From assembly GCA_937924905.1 (NCBI GenBank), contig CALDUK010000015.1, positions 3,267-67,266 on the forward strand: a stretch of DNA of 64,000 nucleotides, read 5' to 3'. Below are positions 1 to 10,054 of the stretch, in pieces. Position 1 is the first letter of the stretch, and the number at the start of each line of letters is the position of its first letter. Both the position numbers and the translations under genes were made by a program. The stretch is from an uncultured Rhodobacteraceae bacterium. Its GTDB lineage: Bacteria > Pseudomonadota > Alphaproteobacteria > Rhodobacterales > Rhodobacteraceae. The notes under the pieces were generated by a model that made no database searches, was not told the DNA's origin, and saw only the letters and a program-made list of their open reading frames with translations.

Positions 1-1971
1 TACGTGCGCGCCCGTCGTCAGATCGGATCGATCAACCAACCCTGCGTCAAGATATTTTCCAGCGGCGGGGTCAAACAGCGCACGGCGCCTATGTGTTTCC
101 ACCAGCGCGGTGCCTTTTGTTTCTTTGATGCGCTGGACATTTTCAGGCGGCGTGGTCGCGTTCACGGACCAGACAGTGATTTCGATATCCATTCCATCGA
201 CAGGGCGTCCAAATAGTTTGGTGTAGTCTTCGATAAAACGCGTTTCAAAGGTTGCGGCGTCCGGGGTCATCGCTTGGGCTTCGGTGATCTCGATCGGGAT
301 TTCCCAACCTTGCCCGGTATAGCGCATATAGACTTTGAACTCTGACAAGATCGGGCTGACGTCGTCGCAGGTTCGGACAAACGCGGTTGCTTCGGCTTGC
401 AGATTGCTCAGCAGTTCTTTGATCCGCTCTGGATCGAAATCGCTGAGCTTCATATAGACGGATCGGTTTGCTTCAAAGCTGAACGGCGCGCGCAAGAACC
501 CAATTGCCGATCCAACACCCGCGCCGGGGGGCACCAAAAGACGTTCAACACCCAGCTTTTCTGACAAGCGGCCCGCGTGCAGGGGGGCTGCACCCCCGAA
601 GGCAATCATGGTGTATTCGGAAAGGTCCTCGCCATTTTCCACCGCATGGACCCGCGCGGCATTCGCCATGTTTTCATCCACGACTTCGGCCACGCCAAAA
701 GCGGATTCTATCGTGTCCATATCCAACGCGTCCGCCACATGAGCAGACAAGGCATAGCTCGATTGTTCGGCGTGCAGTTTGATCGAGCCACCCGCAAAAT
801 TGTCAGGATCCAACTTGCCCAAAACAAGATCAGCATCTGTGACGCTGGGGCGCGTGCCGCCGCGGCCATAGCAGGCAGGGCCAGGTTCGGACCCGGCGCT
901 TTCGGGGCCGACACGAATTTGTTTCATTGCATCCACATGCGCCAAAGACCCGCCGCCCGCACCGATTTCGACCATATCGATCACCGGAATGGAAATGGGC
1001 ATACCAGAGCCCTTCTTGAACCGATAAGTGCGCGCCACTTCGAAGACGCGACTGGTTTTAGGGGTCTGGTTCTTGATCAAACAAATCTTGGCAGTTGTTC
1101 CCCCCATGTCAAAGGACAACACTTTTTCCAGCCCATAGCGCGCGGCGATATGAGCGGCAAAGACAGCGCCCCCTGCCGGGCCGGATTCTACCAGGCGAAC
1201 CGGGAAATCCGCGGCGTTTTTGAGAGAGATTATTCCGCCGCCTGAATGCATCAGAAAGATGCGGCATTGCACGGATTCCGATTTCAGGCGTTCTTCCAGG
1301 CGGCCCAGATACGATGCCATCAGCGGCTTGATATAGGCATTTGCGACGACGGTGTTGAACCGTTCGTATTCGCGCATCTGGGGCGACACTTCGGATGAAA
1401 TGGACACCGCGACATTTGGCAGTTTCTCGGCCAGCACATCACGCACCAGTTCTTCATGCGCAGGTTTTAGATAAGAATGGATCAGACCAACGGCGACGCT
1501 TTCAAAACCGGCCTTTGCAATTTGATCAACGACCGCTTCGACTTCTTTACGGTCGATATTGACCAAAACAGCACCGTTCGCATCCACCCGTCCCGCGACC
1601 GTGAAGCGCATCTGACGGGGCAGCAAAGGGTCGGGCAGGTTCAGGTTCAGATCATACTGTTCAAATCGGCTTTCGGTGCGCATTTCTATCACATCGCGGA
1701 AGCCTTCTGTGGTGATAAATGCCGTCTTCGCGCCGCGCCGTTCGATCAACGCGTTTGTCGCCAACGTCGTGCCGTGGATGATCTGTTCAATCTTTGATGG
1801 GGCAACATTTGCTTCGGCGCAGACTTGATGCATGCCTTCGATGATCGCATTTTCAGGGGCCGCATAGGTCGTCAGAACTTTGGTCGAAAATGGCACGCCA
1901 TCTTTTTCCAGAACAACATCTGTAAATGTGCCGCCAATATCGACGCCAAGGCGGACAGAACGTGCTGGCAT
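1..1971 (-). CDS. Hydantoinase/oxoprolinase family subunit A (N-methylhydantoinase A-like); 3' end runs off the window
   Basis: Not in the ORF track because it has no stop in the window. Read by hand: ATG at 1971 gives MPARSVRLGVDIGGTFTD; same frame gives FEVARTYRFKKGSGMP at ~1050 and RRALFDPAAG near position 1. Confidence 0.9.
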   Translation of the reverse strand, partial: MPARSVRLGVDIGGTFTDVVLEKDGVPFSTKVLTTYAAPENAIIEGMHQVCAEANVAPSKIEQIIHGTTLATNALIERRGAKTAFITTEGFRDVIEMRTESRFEQYDLNLNLPDPLLPRQMRFTVAGRVDANGAVLVNIDRKEVEAVVDQIAKAGFESVAVGLIHSYLKPAHEELVRDVLAEKLPNVAVSISSEVSPQMREYERFNTVVANAYIKPLMASYLGRLEERLKSESVQCRIFLMHSGGGIISLKNAADFPVRLVESGPAGGAVFAAHIAARYGLEKVLSFDMGGTTAKICLIKNQTPKTSRVFEVARTYRFKKGSGMPISIPVIDMVEIGAGGGSLAHVDAMKQIRVGPESAGSEPGPACYGRGGTRPSVTDADLVLGKLDPDNFAGGSIKLHAEQSSYALSAHVADALDMDTIESAFGVAEVVDENMANAARVHAVENGEDLSEYTMIAFGGAAPLHAGRLSEKLGVERLLVPPGAGVGSAIGFLRAPFSFEANRSVYMKLSDFDPERIKELLSNLQAEATAFVRTCDDVSPILSEFKVYMRYTGQGWEIPIEITEAQAMTPDAATFETRFIEDYTKLFGRPVDGMDIEITVWSVNATTPPENVQRIKETKGTALVETHRRRALFDPAAGKYLDAGLVDRSDLTTGAHV

Positions 1972-2066
1972 CTTATGCTCCTGCAAAGGGTTCAGCTTGC
2001 AGGTGAACGAAAAGGTGCAAGGAAATCAAATCGATTAAATTGCTCACCCTGATCAATCTAAGCAAT

Positions 2067-2966
2067 CTATTGCGCGTGCATGGCGGTCTTCGCAATCTTT
2101 GCGGCCTTTTCAATATAAAGCGCCGACCGTGTCGGTGCGTAGCGTGCGAAAAAAGACAGCGGATCGGGCAACCAGTCGGGTGCAATCAAATGCAGCTCGC
2201 GCGACGCAATGCCAGACCTGACAAGACGTTCCGGCAAAAGCGCGACGCCCAAACCTTCCAGCACCATTGGCAGACAGGCGGATAGGGCGCTTGAATGAAC
2301 TATCCGTTCGGCGCGCAGGCCGCGTTCGGCGGCGACCGCGTGAAGGGCTGCGCAGGCCTTGGTGTGTTTTGCATGCGTCAGGATCGTCAGCTCGAACAAC
2401 TGTGCCAAGGTTGGGCGTTTGTTGAGATGCTGGAACAACTCGGTGTTTGCGACCCAGCAATACTGTTCTTGCCCCAAGGCGTCGCTTGCGAATGACTTCG
2501 ATTTAAAGGGTCCGGTTTGTAGTGCCAGGTCAAGCTGCCCTTGCATCAGCCTCGCGTCGATATTGGTTGAAAGATCAACTTCAAGCTGGATGCGAATGTT
2601 TGGATACGCGTTTTTCATCAGGCGCAGAAACCCTTGCAGCCACGTGCAGGCGACAAGTTCTGTGACACCCAGCCTTAGAGTTTCTTCAAGCAGGTCTTGC
2701 CGTCCGGCTTCTTCAATAAGCGCCTCGCCCGCCCAAAGGACATTTCTTGTCTTCTCAAGTAACTTTTCCCCATCTTCCGTCAGGCGAACAGAGCCTGCAT
2801 CGCGCATCAAGAGCGACACGTTCAGCGCAGCCTCAAGCGCTGCGATCCGTGCCGAAATATTGGGTTGGGTTGTGCCAAGCGCCGAAGCAGCGGCGCGAAA
2901 CGTACCAGTATCAACGACGAAGACGAATGCTTCGAGCTGTTTGAAAGTGATCTGGCTTTTGATCAT
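2067..2966 (-). CDS. LysR-family transcriptional regulator
   Basis: N-terminal HTH (FKQLEAFVFVVDTGTFRAAASALGTTQPNISARIAALE), LRLG and LDLAL substrate-binding domain motifs, 299 aa. Confidence 0.95.
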   Translation of the reverse strand: MIKSQITFKQLEAFVFVVDTGTFRAAASALGTTQPNISARIAALEAALNVSLLMRDAGSVRLTEDGEKLLEKTRNVLWAGEALIEEAGRQDLLEETLRLGVTELVACTWLQGFLRLMKNAYPNIRIQLEVDLSTNIDARLMQGQLDLALQTGPFKSKSFASDALGQEQYCWVANTELFQHLNKRPTLAQLFELTILTHAKHTKACAALHAVAAERGLRAERIVHSSALSACLPMVLEGLGVALLPERLVRSGIASRELHLIAPDWLPDPLSFFARYAPTRSALYIEKAAKIAKTAMHAQ

Positions 2967-2979
2967 AATTCATCGATCG

Positions 2980-2994
2980 ATCGGAAAAGTTGAT
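2980..2994. promoter_or_regulatory. Candidate LysR T-N11-A box (ATC-N9-GAT)
   Basis: ATCGGAAAAGTTGAT just upstream of the LysR start codon, in the divergent intergenic region. Confidence 0.35.
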
Positions 2995-3153
2995 GCAAAG
3001 CCTATCGGATCGAACAGGGCGGACAAGGTCATTTCCGTTTGGTCGAGGCGTCCGGTCCGTTTGGCTTACCCGTTTCTGTGCCACTGGGCGGGTCCGTTTT
3101 TTCGTTGTATCCAGTCTTCCAACAGGCGTTTTGAACGGACAGGGTGGACGGAA

Positions 3154-4140
3154 ATGGAAAAGCGACAGGTCGGGAATACCAATCTTTCAGTAGATGTGTT
3201 GGGGCTGGGGGGGGCGCCGCTGGGCGGGAATTTCGTTGATATCGCATATTCCGATGCGCACGCCCTGATCGGGGCAGCGAAAGTTTCGGGCATAGGTTAT
3301 TTTGACACAGCACCCTGGTACGGGTTTGGCCGGTCTGAACGCGTGATGGGCGATGCGCTTCGGGGTGGTGACTATGTGTTGTCGGACAAAGTGGGGCGTT
3401 TGCTGTTGCCAGGTGCGGTCGATGATCCGGGCGCCTTTGGTATGGTCGATCCGCTGCCTTTTAATGTGATCTATGACTATAGCTATGATGGGATCATGCG
3501 GGCTTTTGAAGACAATCTGCAAAGGCTGGGACTGGATCGAATAGACATTCTGCTGGCCCACGATATCGGTGCCTTTACCCACGGCGACGCAAACGCGGCC
3601 CATTTTCGCGACTTGGCCGAAGGCGGCTATCGCGCAATGGATGAACTGCGGCGTGGGGGGCAGATCAAGGCAATTGGTCTTGGGGTCAATGAAAATGAGG
3701 TTTGTCTGGACGCATTGGGTATTGGTGATTGGGACGTGTTTTTGTTGGCTGGTCGGTATACTTTGCTGGAACAAACGGCGCTTGATACGCTGTTTCCGGC
3801 GTGCCGGGACAAAGGCACCTCGATCATTTGCGGCGGGCCGTTTAACTCGGGCATTCTGGTTGGGCGCGACATGTGGAACTATGCGACCGCACCCAAAGAG
3901 GTCGTCAATAAGGCCCGCGCTTTGAGCGAGGAGGCGGACAGATTTGATATTCCACTTGCCGCAGCCGCGTTGCAATTTCCGCTGGGCGACCCGCTGGTGT
4001 CTTCCGTCATCCCCGGCCCGCGCAACACGGATGAATTAGACCAAATCGTGGAATGGTTTGACGTCGATATTCCGGTCGCGTTTTGGGCTGCGCTGAAAGC
4101 CAAGGGGCTTTTGCGCGCGGAGGCGAATGTGCCGGTCTAG
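3154..4140 (+). CDS. Aldo/keto reductase, D-threo-aldose 1-dehydrogenase (L-fucose/D-arabinose/L-galactose dehydrogenase)-like
   Basis: LGLGGAPLG, YFDTAPWYGFGRSE, YDYSYDGIMR, LLAGRYTLLEQ, AALQFPL. Start moved to ATG 3154 (MEKRQVG); the upstream part of the 593-aa track ORF is antisense to the LysR gene. Confidence 0.88.
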   Translation: MEKRQVGNTNLSVDVLGLGGAPLGGNFVDIAYSDAHALIGAAKVSGIGYFDTAPWYGFGRSERVMGDALRGGDYVLSDKVGRLLLPGAVDDPGAFGMVDPLPFNVIYDYSYDGIMRAFEDNLQRLGLDRIDILLAHDIGAFTHGDANAAHFRDLAEGGYRAMDELRRGGQIKAIGLGVNENEVCLDALGIGDWDVFLLAGRYTLLEQTALDTLFPACRDKGTSIICGGPFNSGILVGRDMWNYATAPKEVVNKARALSEEADRFDIPLAAAALQFPLGDPLVSSVIPGPRNTDELDQIVEWFDVDIPVAFWAALKAKGLLRAEANVPV

Positions 4141-4868
4141 ACAGCGGTGAACCCACCGTCGATGGGCAGGCACACGCCGGAAATCATCGAAGCCGCGTCG
4201 GACAAAAGAAACACAATGGGTTGTGCGCAATCATCTTCGGTGGCCCAGCGGTGCAGCGGCATTGCGTCGATCAACGGGCCGCCTATGTCGTCGCGCCCCC
4301 AGTACCATTCGGACATCGGCGTCATAACCACCGTCGGGTTAACGGCGTTGACGCGGATATTGTGTTTGCCAAGTTCTAGGGCTGAAACGCGCGTCATGGC
4401 ATCGACGGCACCTTTGGATGACGCATAGGAAATATGGCCTGCCAGCCCAACAAGCGAGGCCTGGCTGGACACATTGACGATTGCACCGCCATTCCCGGCT
4501 GCAACCATGTTTTGCGCGGCGTATTTGGTCACCAACAATGTGCCGCGCGCATTGATGTCGATGACTTTGTCGAAAACGGCTGTGTCGGTGTCCATCGGCG
4601 TTGCGATTTCGCCGCCCCATCCGCCGCAATTGACCACGCCATATATCTGGATGTCTGCCAGCGCTGATTTTACCTCGTCTTCCGAGGTCAGGTCAAAGGC
4701 AAGCGTGTCGCAACCTGTCTCTGTGGCGAGCGCGTCGAGTTTCGCCTGATCGCGGCCCGAGGCGATGACTTTGGCGTCTTCTTCAGTCAGCCGCCGGACA
4801 GTCGCTGCGCCGATGCCGCCGGATGCCCCGGTTACAAGAATGGGTCTGTCTTTCAATCCTGTTTGCAC
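4137..4868 (-). CDS. Short-chain dehydrogenase/reductase (L-xylulose/D-erythrulose reductase-like)
   Basis: TGASGGIG, IVNVSSQAS, YASSK catalytic motif, VNAVNPTVVMT, LPIDGG. GTG start at 4868 with GGAGAG upstream. Confidence 0.9.
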   Translation of the reverse strand: MQTGLKDRPILVTGASGGIGAATVRRLTEEDAKVIASGRDQAKLDALATETGCDTLAFDLTSEDEVKSALADIQIYGVVNCGGWGGEIATPMDTDTAVFDKVIDINARGTLLVTKYAAQNMVAAGNGGAIVNVSSQASLVGLAGHISYASSKGAVDAMTRVSALELGKHNIRVNAVNPTVVMTPMSEWYWGRDDIGGPLIDAMPLHRWATEDDCAQPIVFLLSDAASMISGVCLPIDGGFTAV

Positions 4869-5157
4869 GGCAAACTCTCCTCGCACCTGTTTGCGCGAAG
4901 TTTACCGATGGTGGGCGCGGTGTCGACCGAAAGAAATGCGGTTTGAGGGACAGCACAAGGAGAGTTTGGCAGGTGTCGCATCAGCCACGGGTGGCAAGGC
5001 TCCGAATTTCTGGCCTGTAAAAAATTAATTTTTCGCCCGCAGTGCAAAAATTTCTGGTCAGGTGCGCATGGTCGCCCTAAGTTTTTGCGAGTTGGGTAAA
5101 ACCACGACTACTAAAAACCGGGCGATCAAACGCCTGTAAATCCATGGGAGGAATTTG

Positions 5158-6630
5158 ATGTTTGCGAAACATCTCGCGGCGCTCACCGTAAGCGCTGCTG
5201 CTTTAACCACTGTTTCGATCCCCGCTGTTGCTCAGGAATTTTCCGGCGTCACCGTCGATATTCTGACGCGTCCGGGCTATGTGATCGCTGGTCCTCTGGC
5301 CGAGCGCGGCAAAGATTTTGAAGCGTTGACCGGTGCCAAAATCGTCGTCACCGAAGTACCATTCGCTGAGATTTTTCCGAAGATCCAGAATGACTGGGCC
5401 ACGGGCACAAACTCGATTGACGTGGGCGTCTTCGCCGCGGGTTGGGGCGTTGAACTGGACGCCGCCGGTCTTTTGGAAGACCTCGACCCCTATATCGCTA
5501 ATGACGACAAGATCGACCTTGACGATATCGCGCCTTACTTCCGCGAGTTCGGTCAAAAGGTTGGTGGCAAGACCAAGCTGCTGATGGTCGATGGCGATTT
5601 CCAGATGGTCTATTACCGGACTGATATTCTGGAAGCAGCCGGGTTAGAGCCGCCGAGCACCTGGGAAGAATATCTTGACGTTGCGTCCAAGATTCACGGC
5701 CAGGACATGAATGGCGATGGCGAAGCTGACTATGGCTCGTGTATCTTCAAAAAGCGGAATGCGCAGTCTTACTTTGCGATCCAGACTTTTGCTGCACCGA
5801 TTGTGCAGACGCAAGGCACCGCTCAAGGTTTCCATTTCGACAACTCTTCGATGGCCCCTATCGTGAACAATGCGGGCTGGAAGAAAGCGTTCGAGCTCTA
5901 CAAAGAAACCGGCAAATATGGTCCGGCAGATGAGCTGAACCTCGACATTGGCGACACGCGCGCTTTGTTTAAAGCGGGTCGGTGTGGCTTGATTGTCGAA
6001 TGGGGTGATCCAGGTACGTTGCAGCTGGATGACGACGCATCGGCCATCAAAGGCAAAATGTACGCCATTTCGGCCATCGGTTCGACCGAAGTACTGGACC
6101 GCGAGACAGGCGAGCTGGTTCCAGTTTCGGCGGAAAGCGCACCCCATGCTATTGACGGCGTCAACTATGCACCTTTCGCCGCTTTTGGCGGATGGGCCGG
6201 TGCTGTCAACGCAGCGGCTGATGACAAGACCAAAGCGGCGGCTTACGCATTCTTGTCTTACATGAACCAGGCTGCTCAGTCGGGTATTGACGTCACCATC
6301 GGCGCAACGGGTTACAACCCTTACCGGATCTCGCAGCTTGAGAATATCGACCTGTGGGTCGAAGCTGGCATGCCGCGCGAACTGGCCGAGAATTATCTGG
6401 GTGCTATCAACGGGGCATTGAATAACCCCAACATGGCATCGGATATGAAGATCCCTGGCGCGCAACAATACACCGCTGTTGTGTTGGATACCCAGCTTGC
6501 CCGCTATCTGGCCGATGAAATCACGGTGGAAGAAGCCCTGGCCAATATCGAAGAAGGTTGGGAAGAAATCACCGAAGATTTCGGACGTGACGAACAGGTC
6601 GCAGCCCAGGCGCTGGCGCTTGGCAACTGA
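5158..6630 (+). CDS. Carbohydrate ABC transporter (CUT1) solute-binding protein
   Basis: Signal peptide (..AVAQ), YYRTDIL..PPSTWEE motif, GGGAGG RBS, followed by two permeases and an ATPase. Confidence 0.93.
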   Translation: MFAKHLAALTVSAAALTTVSIPAVAQEFSGVTVDILTRPGYVIAGPLAERGKDFEALTGAKIVVTEVPFAEIFPKIQNDWATGTNSIDVGVFAAGWGVELDAAGLLEDLDPYIANDDKIDLDDIAPYFREFGQKVGGKTKLLMVDGDFQMVYYRTDILEAAGLEPPSTWEEYLDVASKIHGQDMNGDGEADYGSCIFKKRNAQSYFAIQTFAAPIVQTQGTAQGFHFDNSSMAPIVNNAGWKKAFELYKETGKYGPADELNLDIGDTRALFKAGRCGLIVEWGDPGTLQLDDDASAIKGKMYAISAIGSTEVLDRETGELVPVSAESAPHAIDGVNYAPFAAFGGWAGAVNAAADDKTKAAAYAFLSYMNQAAQSGIDVTIGATGYNPYRISQLENIDLWVEAGMPRELAENYLGAINGALNNPNMASDMKIPGAQQYTAVVLDTQLARYLADEITVEEALANIEEGWEEITEDFGRDEQVAAQALALGN

Positions 6631-6642
6631 GCCTGACGTTTG

Positions 6643-7797
6643 ATGGCAACTTATGACGACATGCGCCAGCCGGGTTTGATCCCGGCTGGCACGTCAAGGC
6701 GCACGCGCTTTGCTGAATGGGTAGACCGGCATTCGGGCACCTTTTTCATTGCGCCCTGCGTGACGCTGATTCTGATTTTCGCAATTTTTCCAACGATCTA
6801 TTCGATCTTTTTCGCGTTAAGTCGCGTGCGTTTCACCGGCGACGGTCTGCGCTTTCGCTTTGTCGGGTTCCGCAATTTCTCTAAGCAGTTCTTTGGATCG
6901 AGCGAGGTTCATTTTTTGGGCCGAACCGACCCTGTCAGTTTGTTTGGATATGCTGTGTTTGCCGTTATTGTTGTGGCTGTGCTGGTCTGGCTTTGGCGGT
7001 CGCGCAAGATATCAACCTGGGTAGGTATGATTGGCCGAACGATATCGGCAGCTATGGCGATTTTTCTGTCGTGGATCCTCTGTGCATCTCTTCTGTCAGG
7101 CAACTCAATCGGCACGTTGTACACGACACTATTCTACGTCTTCGTGGGTTGCGCGCTGCAGTTCTTCATCGGCACCGGTTTGGCGTTTCTGTGTTCACAA
7201 CCGATTTCGGGGAAAAACTTCTTTCGGGTGGTGTTCTTCATCCCATTGATGATCACGCCTCTTGGCGTGGGCTATGCCATGCGCATGGTGGCCGATGTGG
7301 GGAAGGGGCCATTGGAGCCGGTTCTGCAATTCATGGGGCTGTCAGATTGGGTCTGGTCCGTTGATGCCTGGTCTGCACGTTTCATGATGGTGGTCAGCGA
7401 CAGTTGGCAATGGATCCCGTTTATTTTCATCTGCATGCTGGCCGCGTTAGAAAACATTCCCCGTGATCATGTTGAAGCCGCGCAGGTGGACGGCGCGTCC
7501 AGCTGGCAGATTTTCCGCGAGATCACTTGGCCGCAGGTTTTGCCGGTTGCGGTTACGGTTTTGCTGATCCGCATGATCGAAGCATTCAAGATTGTCGATT
7601 TGCCGAACATTATGACCGGAGGGGGGCCTGGGTCGGCGACGGAATCCATGACGCTGCATTCAATGTATATCTGGCGCGCAAATGACTTGGGGTCTTCGGC
7701 GGCGATTGCCTATCTTTTGCTGATCCTGACGGTGGTCGTCTGCGCATCCTTCTTCAACTACGTTGTGTTGGGACAAGTCAGAAAGGTTCGGGCATGA
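6643..7797 (+). CDS. Carbohydrate ABC transporter permease 1 (with insertion)
   Basis: FVGFRNF, WQWIPF, EAA loop EAAQVDGASSWQIFREITWP, IMTGGGPG. Confidence 0.93.
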   Translation: MATYDDMRQPGLIPAGTSRRTRFAEWVDRHSGTFFIAPCVTLILIFAIFPTIYSIFFALSRVRFTGDGLRFRFVGFRNFSKQFFGSSEVHFLGRTDPVSLFGYAVFAVIVVAVLVWLWRSRKISTWVGMIGRTISAAMAIFLSWILCASLLSGNSIGTLYTTLFYVFVGCALQFFIGTGLAFLCSQPISGKNFFRVVFFIPLMITPLGVGYAMRMVADVGKGPLEPVLQFMGLSDWVWSVDAWSARFMMVVSDSWQWIPFIFICMLAALENIPRDHVEAAQVDGASSWQIFREITWPQVLPVAVTVLLIRMIEAFKIVDLPNIMTGGGPGSATESMTLHSMYIWRANDLGSSAAIAYLLLILTVVVCASFFNYVVLGQVRKVRA

Positions 7798-8981
7798 GCG
7801 ACGCGTCATCCTATCGCTTTCGCAAGTCCGAACGGACATTGATGCAACGCCTGTTTGAGGCGCCTGCGATTGGCAAAATGTCACCTGCGTCCAAGTTCGT
7901 TGCCTATTCGCTTTTGGCGATCTGGTCGTTGTTTGTGCTTTTCCCGATCTATTGGGTGATTATCACGTCGTTCAAGGACGCGGCTTCGGTCAATGAAGGG
8001 CCGTTCTATCTTCCATTCGTGGACTTTCAGCCGACGCTTGATGCCTGGCGCATTCAGTTTACCGAAGATCCGTTCTGTAACTTTGCAGCCATTGTCCGAC
8101 AATTTGGATTGTTGGGGTACAATTCGTTCGTTTGGGTGGTTTCGCCGGTGGTCGAGCTGGCACCGATGGAGCCGCAAATCTGTAAGATTTACCTGGCGTT
8201 CACAAATTCAATCGTGATCAGCGTTTTTTCCACTGGGCTTTGCGTGCTTGTAGGGGCAATGGCGGCTTATGCTTTGGCACGTATTCAATATGCGCCTCGG
8301 TTCGGCAATATTCTGATCTTCGTTCTGTTGCTGGTGGGTGTCATTGTCGCGACGACTTATGCGGGTGCACCTTGGTGGGCTTCGGCAAGTGTCGCGCTGG
8401 CGTTCTTCTTTTTCTTGGTCCGGGCGTTGAAAGGGTATTTCAAGTTATCGCTTAAGAACGGGGATATTTTGTTCTGGATCATTTCGCAGCGGATTTTACC
8501 GCCGATTGTCGTGGTGATTCCGATATATGTGATGTTCCAGGCGGTTGGGCTGCTGGACACCCATCTGGCGCTGATCCTGTTGTACGCGGTTGCGAATATG
8601 CCGATCGTTGTCTGGCTGATGTATGATTTCTTTACAAATCTGCCGGTCGAGCTGGAAGAATCTGCGCAGTTGGATGGGGCAACACGTCCCCGGATTTTCT
8701 GGGAGATCGTCCTGCCTTTGACGCGCCCCGGGTTGGCGGCCACGACGCTGCTGATCCTGGTGCTGGCCTGGAATGAATATTTGTTTGCCGTGTTTCTGGC
8801 GACGGTGAAAGTTCAAACCATGCCGATCATGGTGGCCGCCAAGAACACGGGTGAAAAGGGCATCTTTTGGTGGGAAATGTGTGCTGTGATCGTGGTGATG
8901 ATCATCCCGGTGATCCTTATGGCGATCCTGCTGACTCGGTTTATCTCGAAAGGCGTCCTCTTGGGCGCGGTGAAAGGCTAG
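7794..8981 (+). CDS. Carbohydrate ABC transporter permease 2 (with insertions)
   Basis: FPIYWVIITSFK, ELEESAQLDGA, AWNEYLFA; ATGA overlap with the previous gene. Confidence 0.93.
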   Translation: MSDASSYRFRKSERTLMQRLFEAPAIGKMSPASKFVAYSLLAIWSLFVLFPIYWVIITSFKDAASVNEGPFYLPFVDFQPTLDAWRIQFTEDPFCNFAAIVRQFGLLGYNSFVWVVSPVVELAPMEPQICKIYLAFTNSIVISVFSTGLCVLVGAMAAYALARIQYAPRFGNILIFVLLLVGVIVATTYAGAPWWASASVALAFFFFLVRALKGYFKLSLKNGDILFWIISQRILPPIVVVIPIYVMFQAVGLLDTHLALILLYAVANMPIVVWLMYDFFTNLPVELEESAQLDGATRPRIFWEIVLPLTRPGLAATTLLILVLAWNEYLFAVFLATVKVQTMPIMVAAKNTGEKGIFWWEMCAVIVVMIIPVILMAILLTRFISKGVLLGAVKG

Positions 8982-8983
8982 GC

Positions 8984-10054
8984 ATGAAAGACTTCGGCAA
9001 TCAGGCCTCGGTCCGGTTCGAAAACGTTGAAAAGAGCTTTGGCGACGTAAAGGTTTTGCGTGACTTCGATCTTGAAGTTCTACCGGGCGAGTTTGTGGTG
9101 CTTTTGGGCGCGTCCGGGTCGGGCAAGACCACTGCCCTGCGGATCCTGTCGGGGCTTGAAACGCCGTCGGGCGGCGAAGTTTATATCGATGATGAAAACG
9201 TCACAGACGTGCTGCCAAAGTACCGTGACATCTCGATGGTATTTCAATCCTATGCGCTGTACCCGCACAAAACAGTGGCCGAAAATATCAGCTTTCCGCT
9301 CAAAGTACGGGGAATGGATAAGGCCGACATGGATGCGGCGACCTTGGATGCCGCGAAACAAGTCCAAATCGAAGATCTTCTTGGCCGGTATCCACGCGAA
9401 CTGTCGGGTGGTCAGCGCCAGCGAGTGGCCTTGGCCCGCGCCATCATCCGGCGTCCGTCGGTCTTTTTGATGGACGAACCGCTGTCGAACCTGGATGCCA
9501 AATTGCGCGGGCATATGCGAGCACAGCTGAAGCATATGCAAAAGTCGATGGGGATCACGACCATCTACGTCACCCACGACCAGATTGAAGCGATGACGCT
9601 GGCGCATCGCGTTGCCATTCTGGAAAAGGGCGTGTTGCAACAGCTTGCGACACCGGCAGAAATTTATAATGACCCCGCAAATTTGTTCGTCGCGCAGTTT
9701 ATCGGCTCACCACCTATGAACGTGATCCACGGCAGGCTCGCGGGCAGTCAATTCACCACAAACGGTGTGGTGGTGGAAACCAATGTGTCGGGTCAGGCCG
9801 AAAAGGCAGTCATGGGAATTCGACCAGAAGACTGTTCTATCGCGGCTCCTACTGATGGCACGCTGGTTGGTACGATATTCACCAATGAGTTGATTGGTGA
9901 TCATGCGCTGGTCACGGTGGATTGGGGCGACGATCAGATTGCCATCAAGGCGCCCAAAGATTTTTCTGGCGATCAGGGCGATGAGATTGGTGTGGTGATC
10001 CCGCGCGATCATCTGTTCGTCTTTGACGAAAACAACGGCCAGCGGATCCGCTAA
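8984..10054 (+). CDS. Carbohydrate ABC transporter ATP-binding protein (MalK-like)
   Basis: Walker A GASGSGKT, VFQSYALYPH, LSGGQRQRVALARA, MDEPLSNLDAKLR. Start ATG 8984. Confidence 0.96.
   Translation: MKDFGNQASVRFENVEKSFGDVKVLRDFDLEVLPGEFVVLLGASGSGKTTALRILSGLETPSGGEVYIDDENVTDVLPKYRDISMVFQSYALYPHKTVAENISFPLKVRGMDKADMDAATLDAAKQVQIEDLLGRYPRELSGGQRQRVALARAIIRRPSVFLMDEPLSNLDAKLRGHMRAQLKHMQKSMGITTIYVTHDQIEAMTLAHRVAILEKGVLQQLATPAEIYNDPANLFVAQFIGSPPMNVIHGRLAGSQFTTNGVVVETNVSGQAEKAVMGIRPEDCSIAAPTDGTLVGTIFTNELIGDHALVTVDWGDDQIAIKAPKDFSGDQGDEIGVVIPRDHLFVFDENNGQRIR

Noticed and set aside
2359..3153. N-terminal 265 aa of the 593-aa track ORF, suggesting a fusion to the aldo/keto reductase
   Set aside because: It is mostly the antisense shadow of the LysR gene; AKR similarity begins at ATG 3154.
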